Assembly: GCF_008831285.2 (NCBI RefSeq)
Contig: NC_045138.2
Location: 6,448,001-6,512,000, forward strand
DNA from: Nymphaea colorata
Lineage: Eukaryota
Reading direction: 5' to 3'
Length of the DNA: 64,000 nt
The position numbers and the translations under genes are program-made. Shown here piece after piece: positions 1 through 13,619 of the stretch (its first letter is position 1; each line of letters begins with the position of its first letter). The notes under the pieces are model-generated. The model saw nothing but the letters and a program-made list of their open reading frames with translations. It ran no database searches and had not been told where the DNA came from.

Positions 1-203
1 TGTTGTGATTTAGAACAATTGTTATTCTCATGACAAGTTTAAGTGGACCTATCAAATCATGCTAGTATATTTATTAATGGTTACTAGTTGGAGTTGGGCC
101 TATGGTTTAAGAAATGGACATAGCTTTGTTTTTGTTTCATGCATACTTGTTCCACCCTGCCGATTGTATAATTCTTTATGTTTTGATTCTTCAACTTTCA
201 TAG

Positions 204-1785
204 AACTGTGATCAAGCTCAGGACTCTTTTCTCAAAGGTAAATTATTCAAGTTGGTCACGCTTTCATCTAGATCTCCAGTAGGAAACTGTCGCACTTGAG
301 GAGATGTGTCGATTTTGTTATTGCCAAATCTTGCAGTCTCCGTTTCCTCATTTAGTGGCAGTAAGAAAATCGACACATCTCCTCAAGTGCAACGCTTTTC
401 TACTGGAGATCTAGATGAAAGCGTGACCAACTTGAATAATTTACCTTTGAGAAAGAGTTCTGAGCTTGATCACAGTTCTATGAAAGTTGAAGAATCAAAA
501 CATAAAGAATCACCTTTCCAGATACAATTGGCAGGGTGGAATTTTATGACAGGAATGCAACAGGTCGAGAGGTGATGTACACTAAGATCGTGCATACTAA
601 TGAATGTGAAACAGGTCAAGACTCACATGGTAGCAACAGCAACAAGCACTTCCAATCCATTGTTGGCAGCAATATACCACCAACAGCAACTGATGATGAG
701 AATTTGCTTTACTTTTCCGTAATTTTCTTCCAAAATTTTACCGCACTCAGGCTGTTAATCAAATTGGATCAAGTCCAGAGTGTGCTGCTCCAGCAGATGA
801 GTTTGTGAACAGATAAAAAAAAAGCTGTTATGAGCAACGATCATTCTCAGAGCTTTTGTGCATGGCAGAATCATCAATGTTCAAAGGTCTATATGCAAAC
901 ATTAGTCACTGTGGGTCACATGGAGAGCAAGTGCGAAACGCTTCTGACCAGTTGCTGCATGAAAAGCGAAAAACAAACTTGGATAAGGTAAAAGTTAATA
1001 ACCTATTTTTTATTGCAATATCAGGCAGTCATGGTATTCTGTGAACTGGAAATCTTCATACAAATTTGTCGATCTGCTCTTAGAACCTCTGAATAACTAA
1101 TTCCATAAAAAGACAATGAAATATTTCAAAAGCTATAGTGCCCTTCAAAAAGAAAAAAATTATTCAAAACAATGGGAAAATGTTTTGCAGACAGAAAAGA
1201 GATAATTGATTTGGCAATTATGAAAACGCAGCTGCGAATATGCAACAACTTTTAACAATTTTCTGATTTTAAAAACTCATATTCACTTGTTGGATTTTAT
1301 GGTCACTTTCTTTACACGCACCTAAAGGTCCTCTTTCCTGCTTCCATTTACATTAATACCTTTAGATTCCTCGCTCATCATACTCAGTAGCCTTTATATT
1401 TTTTCCTTCAGTCTAGCTGCCACTAATTCCTACTTGTGCAAGATAATCTCTGAAAAGTGAATTAGAATAAAGCATAGGGTGGCACCATCCTGCCTCATGT
1501 GTCGGAGAAGAAATACGAACACTAACAGATGAACAACTGAAATCCTCGCAAGTTTTAGGAGCAGGGCCTTCACTTGAAATAGACACTTGCCCTAAGGTAA
1601 ATGGTGAGAGCAAGCCTTCATCAGCGGAAGACACATCCTCGGTCATAATATTTGCACAGGAGGCAGATAGAATCAGTTCTGTAAACAAAGCAACCAATAC
1701 AGATGGACTTCTTGGCAAGTTTGGGGACCGCAGGCAATGTCATATTCTCTTTCCTGTAGAACTTTGTGGCATGAAACCGTGGTTT
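204..1785 (+). pseudogene. Two-exon host-gene remnant, product unrecognised
   Basis: Acceptor TTTCATAG|204, donor GATAAG|GTAAAA at 987, AT-rich intron, acceptor TTCAGTCTAG|1417 in phase 0 (…RKTNLDK|LPLIPTCAR*SLKSELE*SIGWHHPASCVGEEIRTLTDEQLK…). Frameshifts and stops present. Confidence 0.5.
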
Positions 1786-1984
1786 ACTTGGGAAGTTTCA
1801 TTGAGAGAACTCATATTTTTTTCTTCGATGAAGTTGCAATAAGCCTTGATTTCGATATGCTTTCTGAGATGGTTGGTCGTTCAGGAAAATCTACTATTAA
1901 TTAGAACAAAGTGTTTTGAACTTGGTGTTGACTTTTCTTTTATGGAAATTATTATGATGTCCTATCCCTGGGGATTGGGACTAG

Positions 1985-2910
1985 AAGGCAGCTAGTTCTA
2001 TTTGGAACTCAAGGGGCACTGATGTACAAGTTGAAGCACAATAGGGCCTGCAGTAAAATCAGGTCTGGTACCCTGGGAAGATGATGCTTTCAGCTATCTT
2101 GTTGGGTGGCAGGATAAAAACCTCCTCCAACTCTTTGAACAAATCACAGTTATCCTTAATAAGGTGATGCAAACTCCTCTGTTGACCATCACCGTGCCTT
2201 CTTAATTAATAGGTTCACCACTCTGCGTAACATGCAAAACAGAAGGCCTTATGCATAAGACAAATCATGGAGCAAACTTTATGAAAGAAGGCTTCAGGCA
2301 TCAGCTTCTTGGGCTGTAGAAAGAGAGACAATGATATATAAGTTGAAGCGTAGTGAGACTGTTCGCTAAAATCAGGTCTAGCACCCTAGAAAGATGACGC
2401 CTTCAACTATCTTGTTTGGTGTCAGGATAAAATACTCCTCTTACTCATTGAACATATCACTGTGATGTCTTATTATGCCCGAGGCAGTTGCTCTCTTTCC
2501 ATTGGTTGATCCCATACCATGTGCACCACATCATTTTCAGCTTCCTGAAACACAAACTTAATAAGTGATGCAAACTCCTTCTTAATTAATAGGTTCACCA
2601 CTCCTTCTTAATTAATAGGTTCACCACTCCAAGTAACATGGAAGACAAAAGGCCTTATGTACAAGACAAATCATGGAGCAAACTTTATGAAAGAATGTGT
2701 CAGGACTGCGGAACATTCTAAATGGGATGCTGATGACCTTATAGATTTCTTTTATAGTAAAGCATGGTGTAATGTGCATGAATGTTATATGATTGGTGCC
2801 CCCTCCCAAGGTCATGGAGGAAAAATGTGTGGAGTGTGTTAGAGGGAAACCAGTGAAGGCTCAACTACTTTGATAAAATTGGAGAAGTGGAAAGTGGGGT
2901 TTTATGATAT
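1985..2910 (-). mobile_element. Ancient LINE zf-RVT-like fragment, internally duplicated module
   Basis: Minus-strand frames give FTIKEIYKVI…FFHKVCSMICL and, in the 37481-37750 copy, FQEAENDVVHMVWDQP, resembling the zf-RVT pattern (FSVKSAY…W..IW…C..C…E…H..W.CP). Module recurs at ~17975, 20350, 23755, 24120, 35075 and 37280. Confidence 0.5.
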
Positions 2911-3619
2911 ATAATATTATATGTTATGTTCCATGATGGCATAGTATATGTCATATAGTTGAATTATAGATAAATATATATAATGTGTCTTTTAAATAAA
3001 TTCATGTAAGTGATACATATAAAATCATGTTGTAAGCATGATATATACTCAGATCTAATAGCATGAAAGTACATAGCCAAAATCGCAATATATATATATA
3101 TATCATGCAAAAGGCATGAACCATACGTCAAATAAAATAAAATTATTTAAGAAAACAAGTGCAAAAGTAACTTCATCATCTGGCACACATTCACAAGCCT
3201 AAGATTCATAGAACTTGAGATCACCCTCAACAAGCTCAGTAGGATACTAGGATTTGTCCTCCAAGAATAGAATTTAAAGAAAAAAATATCTATATGCAGC
3301 AAAGGCATTGAAAATTAACATTTTAGGCAACAATACATGTATAAGTAAAAAAGCTCATGCCTCAACGTAGGGATTAACAAAGATGGCACTTTTAGATTCT
3401 AATCTTATTATTGACATTGGATGTTGCCTAATATTTAGCACAACCAACTGTACATTCCAAAGTTCGATTATTCATATCTATATTTTCCAAACTTATGCTT
3501 TTGCTTCATTTGAGAGAATAATGTTGGCGGGAAGACCTCATATCCACAGTTGTTTGAATGCTTGGATGTCATAATCTCATAAAATGGAAAATATAGTGAT
3601 AGTTTTCTGTCTGCATTAT

Positions 3620-6069
3620 TCCAACCTTTCATGCAACAAGAAAGTAAAACCACATTGTTCTAAGGACAACATTGGGGTTTTTTATCCTTTTACACCAACT
3701 CTCCACCGTATATTATTTCCTCATGAGATCCCAAATGTCCCTACCGTGACCTATTGTACAAGTTTGCCATGATGACGTAGTTTGTTAGGAGTGCCCCTAA
3801 TAGTAGGGATAGTTTTCCCTATCCCCTTCAAAAGATTCCAAACTGAGTTTTGGCATATAAGGTCAAAATGCAGCATTTGATTAACTGAGAAATGAGAGTT
3901 GGAATGCGAAATGCTATATTCTTCAATTAGAGCACAATTTTTAAGGAGACAAGTTAGCCATTTATGATTCCAAAACTTTGTAGAGCCTTCTTCAATCCTC
4001 CATTTAATGCTATTGGCAATTCCTTTCGAGCTATTGGAGAGACCTTTAAAGAACCAGAGCCAAGAGGAGTTCTTGAATATATCACGAGGCCAGAAAGTGT
4101 CATTTCTGACGTAATTCTTATGAACAAATTTGGCCCGGGCTTAACTTGAAGCAAACCTGCAAAGCAAGAAGAGCAATTTGACTTTGACCCATTTCACAAA
4201 CATCATTAATGTCTGCCCTACCTTCCTTAATCAAGTGACTGATCACATTCCGAGAAATGAGATATCTGAATCCAGTCTGAGAAGAAGAGTCCCAAAGGAA
4301 GGAAGCTACGAGAGATTGGATTTCTTTAATGACCCTCACAAGAAGATGGAATACAACTGTCTAATATTGAATAATGTAAATTATTACATGATTTATAAGG
4401 CACAACCTGCCAAAAAACAAGATGAACCTTCACTTCCAACTGGCATGCTGCTTGCTGACATTGAGAATTATGCACTCTCCTCTCTCAACCGGTCTTGGAA
4501 CAGTGTGACTCCAAGGTAACAAATGGAGAAACTCCTGACCAACCAACCAAGCACAGAGCTAATCCAATGGACCATCAAATCCTCCACATGAAATGGTAGG
4601 AAGACATACTTACTGGAGTTAATCCTAAGCCCCACTCAATTGGACAACTTCTCCAACATAGATTCCATCATTTTCAAGGGATTGACCTTTGCCTGAAAAA
4701 ATAGCAGTACATCACACATGAAGGAGGGGATCACTGAACACATACCCTCACGGGGGAAGGGTGTGCGAAGAAAACTCTTATCTCTAGCATATTTATTGAC
4801 AAGCCTAAAGAAGGCCTCTATGACAATAATAAAAAGACAAAGGGACAGTGGTCACCCTGCCTCATACCCCGTTTAAGGTTAAAAAAACTTACCTGGGCTA
4901 CCATTTACCAAAACTGTTGCCGAAGCAATAGAGACATAGCTGAAAACTCTATCGCAACATTCTTAATTAAACTCTACATGTAATATGGTAGATATATGGA
5001 ACAACCAATTCACCCGGTCATAAGACTTTGAGAGATCAAGTTTGAGACAAAGTGTTGGTTTCTTATCCCTATTCATGCTATGAATGATCTTATGTGCAAG
5101 GATGATGTTGTCAAGTATGACTTTATTGGCGGCAAAAACTACTTGGTCATCTAATACAATTGTCTTGAGAACATTCTTCATTTTGTTGACCATAATTTTT
5201 ATGATCAATTTGTAGATACTGTTAAATAAAGAAATGGGTTGGAACTTTTGAAGAGTTCTTACACCTTCCTTCTTAGGAATAAGAGCGATTTGTGTGCGAT
5301 TGACCTTTTGAACAAGCCTTCTTATGTAAAAGAACAGTTGTACCACTTTACTCACATCCATGCCCACAATATGCCAATTGGCCTAATAAAAAGAGGCAGG
5401 AAACCCATCTAGTCTGGGTTGATATCCCAAAAAGATCGAAAGATTGTACTCTTGTGCTCCTCCAATGTGACGAGCTGGTTCAGCTCCTCATTTTCACTGC
5501 AAGAGACACATGGACATCCACTGTTAGAAAGAGCATGTACCCATCACCCTCTTCGATTCGAACGAGCTGTTGGAAGTACCCTCAGTAAGCTGCTAGGATG
5601 GCATGTTGATCCCTAGCCATGGAGCCTTCCACCTCCAGCTCAGTGATGGAACTTCTTTTTCTTCTACATCTGGTAATCGTCTGGAAATTAGTGGTATTAC
5701 AATCACCTTCCAACATCCATCTCACCCTAGCCACTGTCTCCAACTGCTATTTTCCTCATCGAGGAACTTTCTTATTTATCCCTCAGAATCCTCTCTTCAT
5801 CTGCATCCACCTACCCTCCTAGATCATGAATCATTTGCAACATAATTAATTACAACTTTATGGTGTTGATCATAAGTTCAACTGGTTCAAGCTGACCCTT
5901 CCTTCAATGAGCTAGAGGCATGTGGGTTGCTTTAAGCCTTCCCAAAAACTTGAGCCTGGGCCATCCAAAAATGTTCACAACCATTCCTGAGTGTTTACAA
6001 ACTGGCAATCCAGCCTCTGCTGTAAACATCTAAAGTAATGAAATATCTGAGGCCTAAAAATGTCTCTCT
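3620..6069 (-). mobile_element. Degenerate L1-like LINE (RT region), copy A
   Basis: Minus-strand ORFs contain L1 RT motifs: NRTQIALIPKK, FQPISLFNSIYKLIIK, LKLDLSKSYDRVNW, SFLWD. Interrupted at 6070 by a Copia LTR. Confidence 0.9.
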
Positions 6070-6901
6070 TGTTGGGTTGGGTCCAGCCTCAAGTGAGGAC
6101 CCGACCGAACCCACCTGCTCACTTGAGCAAGTGGGTGAGGAAAAGAAAAAGGGCACCCAGCAGTGCCCTATTCACCACTGTTTTGAAAATGAGAAAAGGG
6201 AGAAAGAAGCCCCTTGTTGAATGCTCACCAAACCAGTAAGAAGGGCAGGGTGAGTGTGTGTCAACGGTGGAGAAAGGAGAAGGAAAGATAAATAAAAACA
6301 CAACTATGGGTTTGTGCTGCTATGTGGGTAACACATGGTGATTCCTTTTCTTATAGTTTTCTTATGCATTCACTTTTTTTATTGATTTACGCTATTCTCT
6401 GCAAGAAAAACAACACATATTGATGTTGTTGTATTTGTTTCTTTGAAATATATATATATATATACTTCTCTTGCCTATGGTTTTTTACCCCATTATTGAG
6501 GGTTTTTTCATGTAGATTGGTGTCTCTTGTTTTCTACATCATGTAACTTATATTTTTGATATCTTCGGCAATATTGGTGTTGGGAACTCAACCTTGTGCT
6601 AGCAGCCTGGTGATTTTGTTTTTTAGTAGTTTAGTGCATTCCCTCTTATAAAATCAGCTTGTTTGGACTGCTATGTTGATGCTAAAGGTTGTTGTTAGTT
6701 GATTAATTACTAGATATATGTATTCTTGAATCTTGGGAGAAGGGGGGGGGGGAGTTTGTGACAGCATTAAGTGTTAATATTGGCTGGTTGTTGTCTTAAG
6801 TATTTCATTTGCAGGGGTAATCTATTTTACAAGAATATATCCATATTGTGAGTTCTTTTACAAGATTGAAACAATGTTTGTTTGAAAAAACAATCATAAC
6901 A
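6070..6901 (+). repeat. Copia 5' LTR
   Basis: Starts TGTTGGG and ends ATAACA just before the PBS. Homologous to 41550-42411 and 48191-49002. Confidence 0.9.
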
Positions 6902-6904
6902 AAT

Positions 6905-6916
6905 TGGTATCAGAGC
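6905..6916 (+). promoter_or_regulatory. Primer-binding site for initiator tRNA-Met
   Basis: TGGTATCAGAGC three bases after the LTR end. Confidence 0.9.
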
Positions 6917-9900
6917 GCTAGGTTTGTAGTTTTCATTCTTATTGAAATATGGAATCGACCACCACTAGAATGATCTGCCTAAATGAAAACAATTGGACTA
7001 TATAGAAAGCAAAAATAGAGAATTTTCTCTATTCTAAAGACTTGTATGCACCCATTGAGAACAAGAGGCCAACAAATAACGCAGATAATAAATAAAAATA
7101 TTAGACAAGAAAACCATCCATTGGCACCATTAGACAATGGTTACATGATAGTGTCCTTCAATTGGTATCGGAAAAGACGAATGCAAAGTTATTGCGAAAG
7201 AAGTTGCATGATCTTTACGAATAAGAAAACAGTTGGAAACAAGGCTTTCTTGTTGAAGCAATTGGTAAATCTCAAACTTAGAGTGGAGAGTCCTGTGTCA
7301 GAGTATTTGAATGAAGTGCAGATCATAATTAATTAGTTGTTAGCCATGAAAATGATGTTAGATAATGAGTTACAGACACTTTTATGGCTAAGTTCTCTTT
7401 CAAATAGTTGGGAGACTCTAATTGTTTCTTTGAGCAACTCTACTCCAGATAGTGTGCTAACAATGAAGCATGTAACCAACAACATTTTAAATTAAAAGAC
7501 TAGGAGAAAGACTCTTGGTACTACTAACTCACAAGTACTAGTGATGGGAGACAACGGTAGCAAAAAAAATTGCTATAAATGGCATGACAGATCAAAATGT
7601 AGGTCCAAATGAAGGCCCAGGATGACAGGTGAATGCTTTCATTGTGGTATTTCTGGTTACAAAAAGATTGATTGCAAGAAAAGAAAAGAAGAGAAAGAAC
7701 ATAAAAAGAAAATTCAAGAAAGTGTGAAATCAAAAGAATGCAATATAGTTGCATCATATGATGAGGTAGAATTACTTTTATCTGAGAAAAGTGGTTGTCT
7801 TATAATTGAGAATGATGATTCTATATAAATATTAGATACTGGGGCATCTTATTATACCACACCATGTTGTGATTTGATCTCGTCTTATAGAGCAAGTGAT
7901 CTTGGAGTAGTTCGTATGGGTAACAATGATACTTCTGAGATTATTGAGGTAGAAGATGTTTGCGTTGAGATGAACACAAGATGCAAATTGACTTTGCGTG
8001 ATGTGAGACATGTTACAGATCTTAAAATGAATCTGATTTCTATAGAAAAACTAAGTGAAGATGGCTATTGTACTTCTTTTAGTTAGGTTGGTTGGAAATT
8101 AACACAAGGGGCATTAGATTTGGCGCTTTGTATAGTATGAATTCTCGAATCTGTAATGTTGAGGTAAATGCAATTACTGATAGTACTTTGTCACATTTGT
8201 GGCATAGGAGGTTAGGTCACATGAGTCAAAGAGGAATCAATTTTCTTGCAAATAAGAATTTGTTATTAAAGGCAGATGGTGCACAATTACCTCCTTGTGA
8301 TCATTGCTAGGTTGGTAAGTTGCATAATCTCTTTTCAGAAAAATGGCTCTTCAAAAACTAAAGATATATTAGATTTAGTTTATTTAGATGTTTATGAACA
8401 TATAAATATGACATCTAAATGTGGAAACTCCTATTTTGTTACATTTATTGATGATGCATCGAGGAAGGTGTGGACCTTTATAATGAAAAATAAAAGTGAA
8501 GTAAGTATTATCTTTGTGACTATTCATGAAGTAGTTGAGAGTGAGACAGGTAAGAAGATGAATAGACTGCGTACAGATAATGGTGGTGAGTTTAAAGCTT
8601 CTTCTCTACAAGAATATTGTCTTAAGCATGGTATTAAACATGGAAAGATAACTCCGTATACTCGAAAATAGAATGGAGTTGCAGAAAGGATGAACAGAAC
8701 TATAGTTGAGAGACTCAGAAGTTTGCTATCTTGCTCTACGTAGACTAAGTTGAGGAGCGGGAATGTGCATTGCAGTTTATTTGATGAATAAATCTTCTTC
8801 AATGTCTTTAGATTGAGATATTCTGCAAAAAGTTTGGTCAGTGAAAGGGATAAAGTGTGACCACCTCAGAGTTTTTGTTTACAATGCTTTCATCCATGTA
8901 TCTAAAGAACATCGAACCAAACTAGATGATAAACTATTCCAATAATATTTCTTGGTTATACGGATGATGAATATGGTTACAGGTTTTGGGATCCAAAGAA
9001 TGACAAAATCTACACGGTCATGATGTTGTCTTCGGAAAGGATTAGACGATTGAAGATATCATGAAAGACAAATAGTCAGGTGTGAAGTTAGTGGTGTTCA
9101 TGAGCTAACTGTGCAGAACCCAAAGAACTTTCATCTAAGCATGGTGAGACTGATGATAATGTAGAGGATGACAAAATAAATGCAGATGAGCAGTATATAG
9201 ATGACAGCCCTATGGACACTCAAGCTGATTATGAGCATGAGTTGGAGGGACAACTTCCTCCTCATTCAGAACAAATTGAAGTGCAATTTGGCAAAGATAA
9301 AAGAATACGTATTTCATCTACTAGATATTCTACTAATGAATATATTATGTTTGCAGATAGTATTGAGCTAGAATACTATGCAGAGATGCTAGATGATGTT
9401 CATAAAGATGAATGGAGTCAAACCATGCAGGAAGATATGAATTCTCTATACAAGAATCACACTAAGTTATGCTCCAAAGCAAGTTGAGATATAAACCTCA
9501 GTTAGTGGTGAAAGGTTTCAAGCAGGAAAAATGTATTAATTTTGATAAAATTTTCTCTCCTATGGTTAAAATGTCATCTATCAGGGTAATACTTGGTTTG
9601 GTGGCATATCTAGACTTGGAGTTAGAGCAGTTATATATAAAAACTGATTTTTTTCATGGAGATCTAGATTAATAAATCTATATGACACAAGCAGGAGGTT
9701 TTGTAGCTGCTAGGAAGAAGCACATGGTTTTGCAAGTTAAGGAAGAATTTGTTTAGATTTAAACAAGCACGTAGGTAGTGGTACAAGAAATTTGATGCAT
9801 TTATGATAACTCAAAAGTATTACAGGTCAGCGAAGATCATTGTGTCCACATCGAATAGTTCTCATCAGGTAACTTCATTATCTTCTTGTTATATATAAAT

Positions 9901-10199
9901 GACATGCTTATTGTTGGACATGACTGTTGGTTGATTAGCCAATTAAGAATGACATAAGCAAGTTCTTTTGATATGAAAATTGTGAAACTAGCATGACAAT
10001 TGTTAGGCATGAGGATTATTCATGATAGGAGGCCAAGAAGTTGTGGTTGTCACAATAGAAATACTTTGAGAAGGTGGTTAGCAAGTTCAGTATGAAAGAT
10101 GCCAAAATAATAGGACTCCTTTAGCAGCATATTTTAAATTGAAAAATGACCAATCTCCTTACTCAGCAGATAAGAAAGAAAAAATGAAAATCAACCAAT

Positions 10200-12150
10200 C
10201 TTCAAATATTATTTGAAAATCTTTGAAATATAATATGGGTATTTTGAAAATCACTTTTCAAAATTGATTTTTTGTTTTCTTAAGAACTGAAGTAGCTTTA
10301 AGATTTTATTCTAATTTGACTACTACCTTGCTAGAGCCCCATTTCATCTTGCTTAAGTTCTTTTAGAAGGGTGCTTTTGATCATTTATGAATTTCACAAG
10401 TGAATGTGAATGCATGAATGCTTTGGTTCTATATGATTGCAAGAAAATTATTCATTCATCTAAGGATCTCTTTATCCTCACACACATTGAGAATTAATTA
10501 CATATTTGTCCTAAATATTCTCATGAAAAGAAAACAAATATTTGAAAGTAAAATGTGATTGTAAACTATCAAACATGATTCCAATATTGGGTCAATACTT
10601 GAGTTTTGGTCTTAGTCAAATTCATAAATGAAAACTAAAACCTTAGATCTTAGAAAAGAATAATCCAAAGAATGAAAGAGAGAAAAAAAAATTAAAAGAT
10701 TTTAAGTCCCGAGGAATAGAGAAAAAAGAGAAAGAGATTTTGAAAAGAGAGAAAGAAAAATTTTAAAGAGAGAGTGAGGGATGTATGTGTATGTGTATAA
10801 AATTGTGTTTATATACATATATAAATATTTATGAAAGGATCATTTTGAATCTCAGAGAAAGAGAGAAAGAAGAAGACTTTAGATAGAGAGAGATAGAGAA
10901 ATATCTGTATATATATATATATACACACACACACACATTATTGAAAGTTTGTAAAAAGAAGGTGTTAACTCAAACAGAGGGAGAGAGAGAGATTCTAGAG
11001 AGGAAAAGTGGGATATACATATATATTTGTTTATATGTACATATATATATGAGAATCTATAAAAGAATATGTTAAATCACAGAGAGAGAAGGATAAAGAG
11101 ATATATTCATGTACATGTTTATGACATGTATATATGCATATACATATATGAAAACAAAAATCAAGAGATAACTTGGAGCATTTCCGACTTCAATTTTTCT
11201 ATGCAGGCTGGAGAGGAACATGGTTTCATGCAAGAGCTTTGATTAAGTCTCTAATGCCTCATTGAAGAGGGCTCTTACTTTCCAAATTCTTTTGAAAACA
11301 TGATTCTAAATATTTTCATAAAAGTATAAAACAATAGTCATTTCATCAACTACAAGGAAATTTATTTCTCCCACCATTAGAAATGTAAGAAAATCAAGCA
11401 CACAAGAAATAAAAAGTTAATAACCTAAGAAATCACTCATTCATTGGGATTTTAATCAGGTGATTAAAAGAAATGCTAAACGTAAGAATGTCGTGAAGGT
11501 GCACTTTAACTAAAAGAAATGCTAAACGTAAGAATGTCGTGAAGGTGCACTTTAACATATACACATTTGTAAGGGGTTTTCCTGTGTTGGAAAAATCCTA
11601 ACATTAAAAATGAACATAATAACAAAGAAATCTCAATCCAAACACTCATTCTTTCTATTCAATGACATAATAATTGAAAAAACAATCAACTATGCATGAA
11701 TGCCTAAAAGCAAAGCACACATTCAAGAGAAGAGAGAAACATATTTCGATCCCAAAATGAATTTTTTTTTCACCTTACTCATGCTCTCGGTGTATTGAAG
11801 AATAGTTTTTTACTCCAGAGAGGAAATTTGAGAGTTATCTAATATGACCATGGGGAGATGAAGAAATGAGAAACAAAGAAAAGAAAAGGATTGAGATATT
11901 TACTATATATTTCTAATGAGAATGATTTTAGAAAATGAGTCTCCTTATTTGGATGATCCTAAAGCTTCCTCGAATGAAGCTCCAAGGTATTGAAGATGTC
12001 TCTCCGAGAGGTCTCCTTTGCTTCCTTGAAGAGTGGAAGTTGGTAGGTTAGAGAAAAAGAAGAAGATAAGAGGAAAGAAATAGAGAGAGAGAGAGAGCTA
12101 TGAGAAAAACTCGTCTGCAAATGAAAAAGTACTGGAGGATCTCTAGGTAT
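10200..12150. mobile_element. Unclassified AT/GA-rich repeat, possibly an LTR-element remnant (copy B ~26915-28860)
   Basis: 10290-10425 resembles 55190-55305 (aagatttt…ttagaagggtgctt…aagtgaatgtgaatgcatga). No coding motif recognised. Confidence 0.3.
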
Positions 12151-12155
12151 AGATA

Positions 12156-12940
12156 AAAAGAAACATATCTTGATGTATTCTGGAACGTGGATGTCAATTT
12201 TGAGTGTTATTATTGACATTGTATGTTGCTTAACATTAAGTACTACCAATTGTACCATCAAGAGTTCAGAGTGTTTGTATGTAAGTTTTCTACCCATGCT
12301 TGCACTTTATTTGAGACAGTAAAGTAGGAAAAAGACCTCTCATATACAACATTGTTCAAAAGCCTTCATGCCATTGATGTATATATAAAATGGGAGATAT
12401 AGTGCCAACACTAGGGCAACAAATGATTTAAATTTAAGAGTTATAGGTGAAAAAGCTCTTCTGTTAATGTATTCAATACCAAGGACGAGAATTTTATGTT
12501 TTAATATTAATGCAATCATTGAACCCCGCCCAATGTCGCATTAACAATTGAATGTTACAAAGTCATGAGAGCCTTTATATTCAAGTTTTTTCCCAAGTTT
12601 AACTTGTGATTTACTTGAGAGAGTATAGTTGGTGGAAAGACCCCTTATATCCACAATTGTCTAAACCTTACATTTGAAGTAGGAGATATGGTGCAAAATC
12701 TACTCACAATTGATTCAAATTTAGGAGTCATATGTACAAGTGAAAAATGCCCGGCTCCTAATGTATTCAATAACAAAGATGGGAGTTTTAGATTTAATAT
12801 TAATGTTGTCACTGGATGCTGCCTAAATTTAATGCTAGCATTTATACTTTTCAAAGTGTGAGTCTTAGTATTTAAATTTCTAATTTAAGCTTATGTTTTT
12901 TTTTTGGAGAGTGTAGTTGATGGAATTAAAGACCCCTCTT
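12156..12940 (+). repeat. Degenerate ~290-bp tandem repeat, three units
   Basis: Unit starts near 12156, 12447 and 12740 (aaaaa…t(g/a)atgtattc; the first two units end …ggagatat(a/g)gtgc). Homologous units near 3343, 18629, 25140, 53407, 53783, 54050 and 57537. Confidence 0.7.
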
Positions 12941-13317
12941 GGCTTCATGACCTCAACCACTTTGCCGTGCATGTCTTCATGGCTTCATAGCATGGCCAGG
13001 TCTTTCTATTTCATAATAAGGCAGAATGGAAGTCTAGGTAGATCATAAGAGATGACAAGAGCCACAAGTTGGCTTTCCAAGAGCATGAAGTTATATGTGG
13101 TGGGCTTCATTGTGAACAAAATTCTCAAAGCTTGTCAGAGCTGGCACAATGGACAGTGATGATACGTTAATTTCCTACTTTGTTTCCCTGCTCATCACCT
13201 TCTTCGTTTACCTTGCTTGTGTCTATGCTTGATTCCCTTTCTAGCTCATCAATCTCCCTTACACACTCGTATGAACTTGACTTGCTGCTTGTACCAATGC
13301 AACCCTTTTTTACTATT

Positions 13318-13600
13318 ACGGTGGTACATAAGCCGAGTCAAGCGTGAGCTCGGTCAGCTCGACACAACTCAACACATACTTAATTTTCTTGGCTCAACCT
13401 TGACCAGTGAGTCAAGTTGTATATGGTCAGCTTGAGCTGGACTTGATAGACTGGATCCTAGCTAGAGCTAGACTTTGTTAAGCTTGTTTTCCGACTTGAC
13501 AACTGTCATTTGACTTGATCTGTTTCCTTTATATATATTTAAGTTTAGACGCTCGAGTTTACTGAGTGAGTTCAAGTTGGCTCGACTCATTATATAGCAC
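13318..13600. mobile_element. MITE rich in GAGCTCG/GCTCGAC motifs (copy B ~30024-30320)
   Basis: Starts (tag)ggtggtacatgagccgagtc, ends gctcgactc(a/g)ttatatagcac. Imperfectly inverted termini. Confidence 0.5.
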
Positions 13601-13619
13601 GACTCAATGCCAATGATAC

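Larger units (their letters stand above)
6070..10190 (+). mobile_element. Ty1/Copia retrotransposon, 5' LTR plus degenerate gag-pol, truncated within RT
   Basis: LTR TG…CA, tRNA-Met PBS, zinc knuckle CFHCGISGYKKIDC, GAG-pre-integrase LWHRRLGHMS, integrase FIDDASR and LRTDNGGEF, RT LVVKGFKQ…FSPMVK. Copia domain order; many stops. Confidence 0.95.

Noticed and set aside
1413..1718. 101-aa minus-strand ORF (signal-peptide-like start) kept open in both copies
   Set aside because: It has no ATG start and is the antisense shadow of the plus-strand exon-like frame; the copies are too similar for shared openness to imply selection.
6905..6916. tRNA gene
   Set aside because: Only the 12-nt primer-binding complement is present, with no cloverleaf.
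12156..12940. Decayed leucine-rich-repeat gene (period near 4 x 72 bp; minus-strand FPPTILSQ)
   Set aside because: No LxxLxLxxN periodicity and no 72-bp sub-period could be seen.
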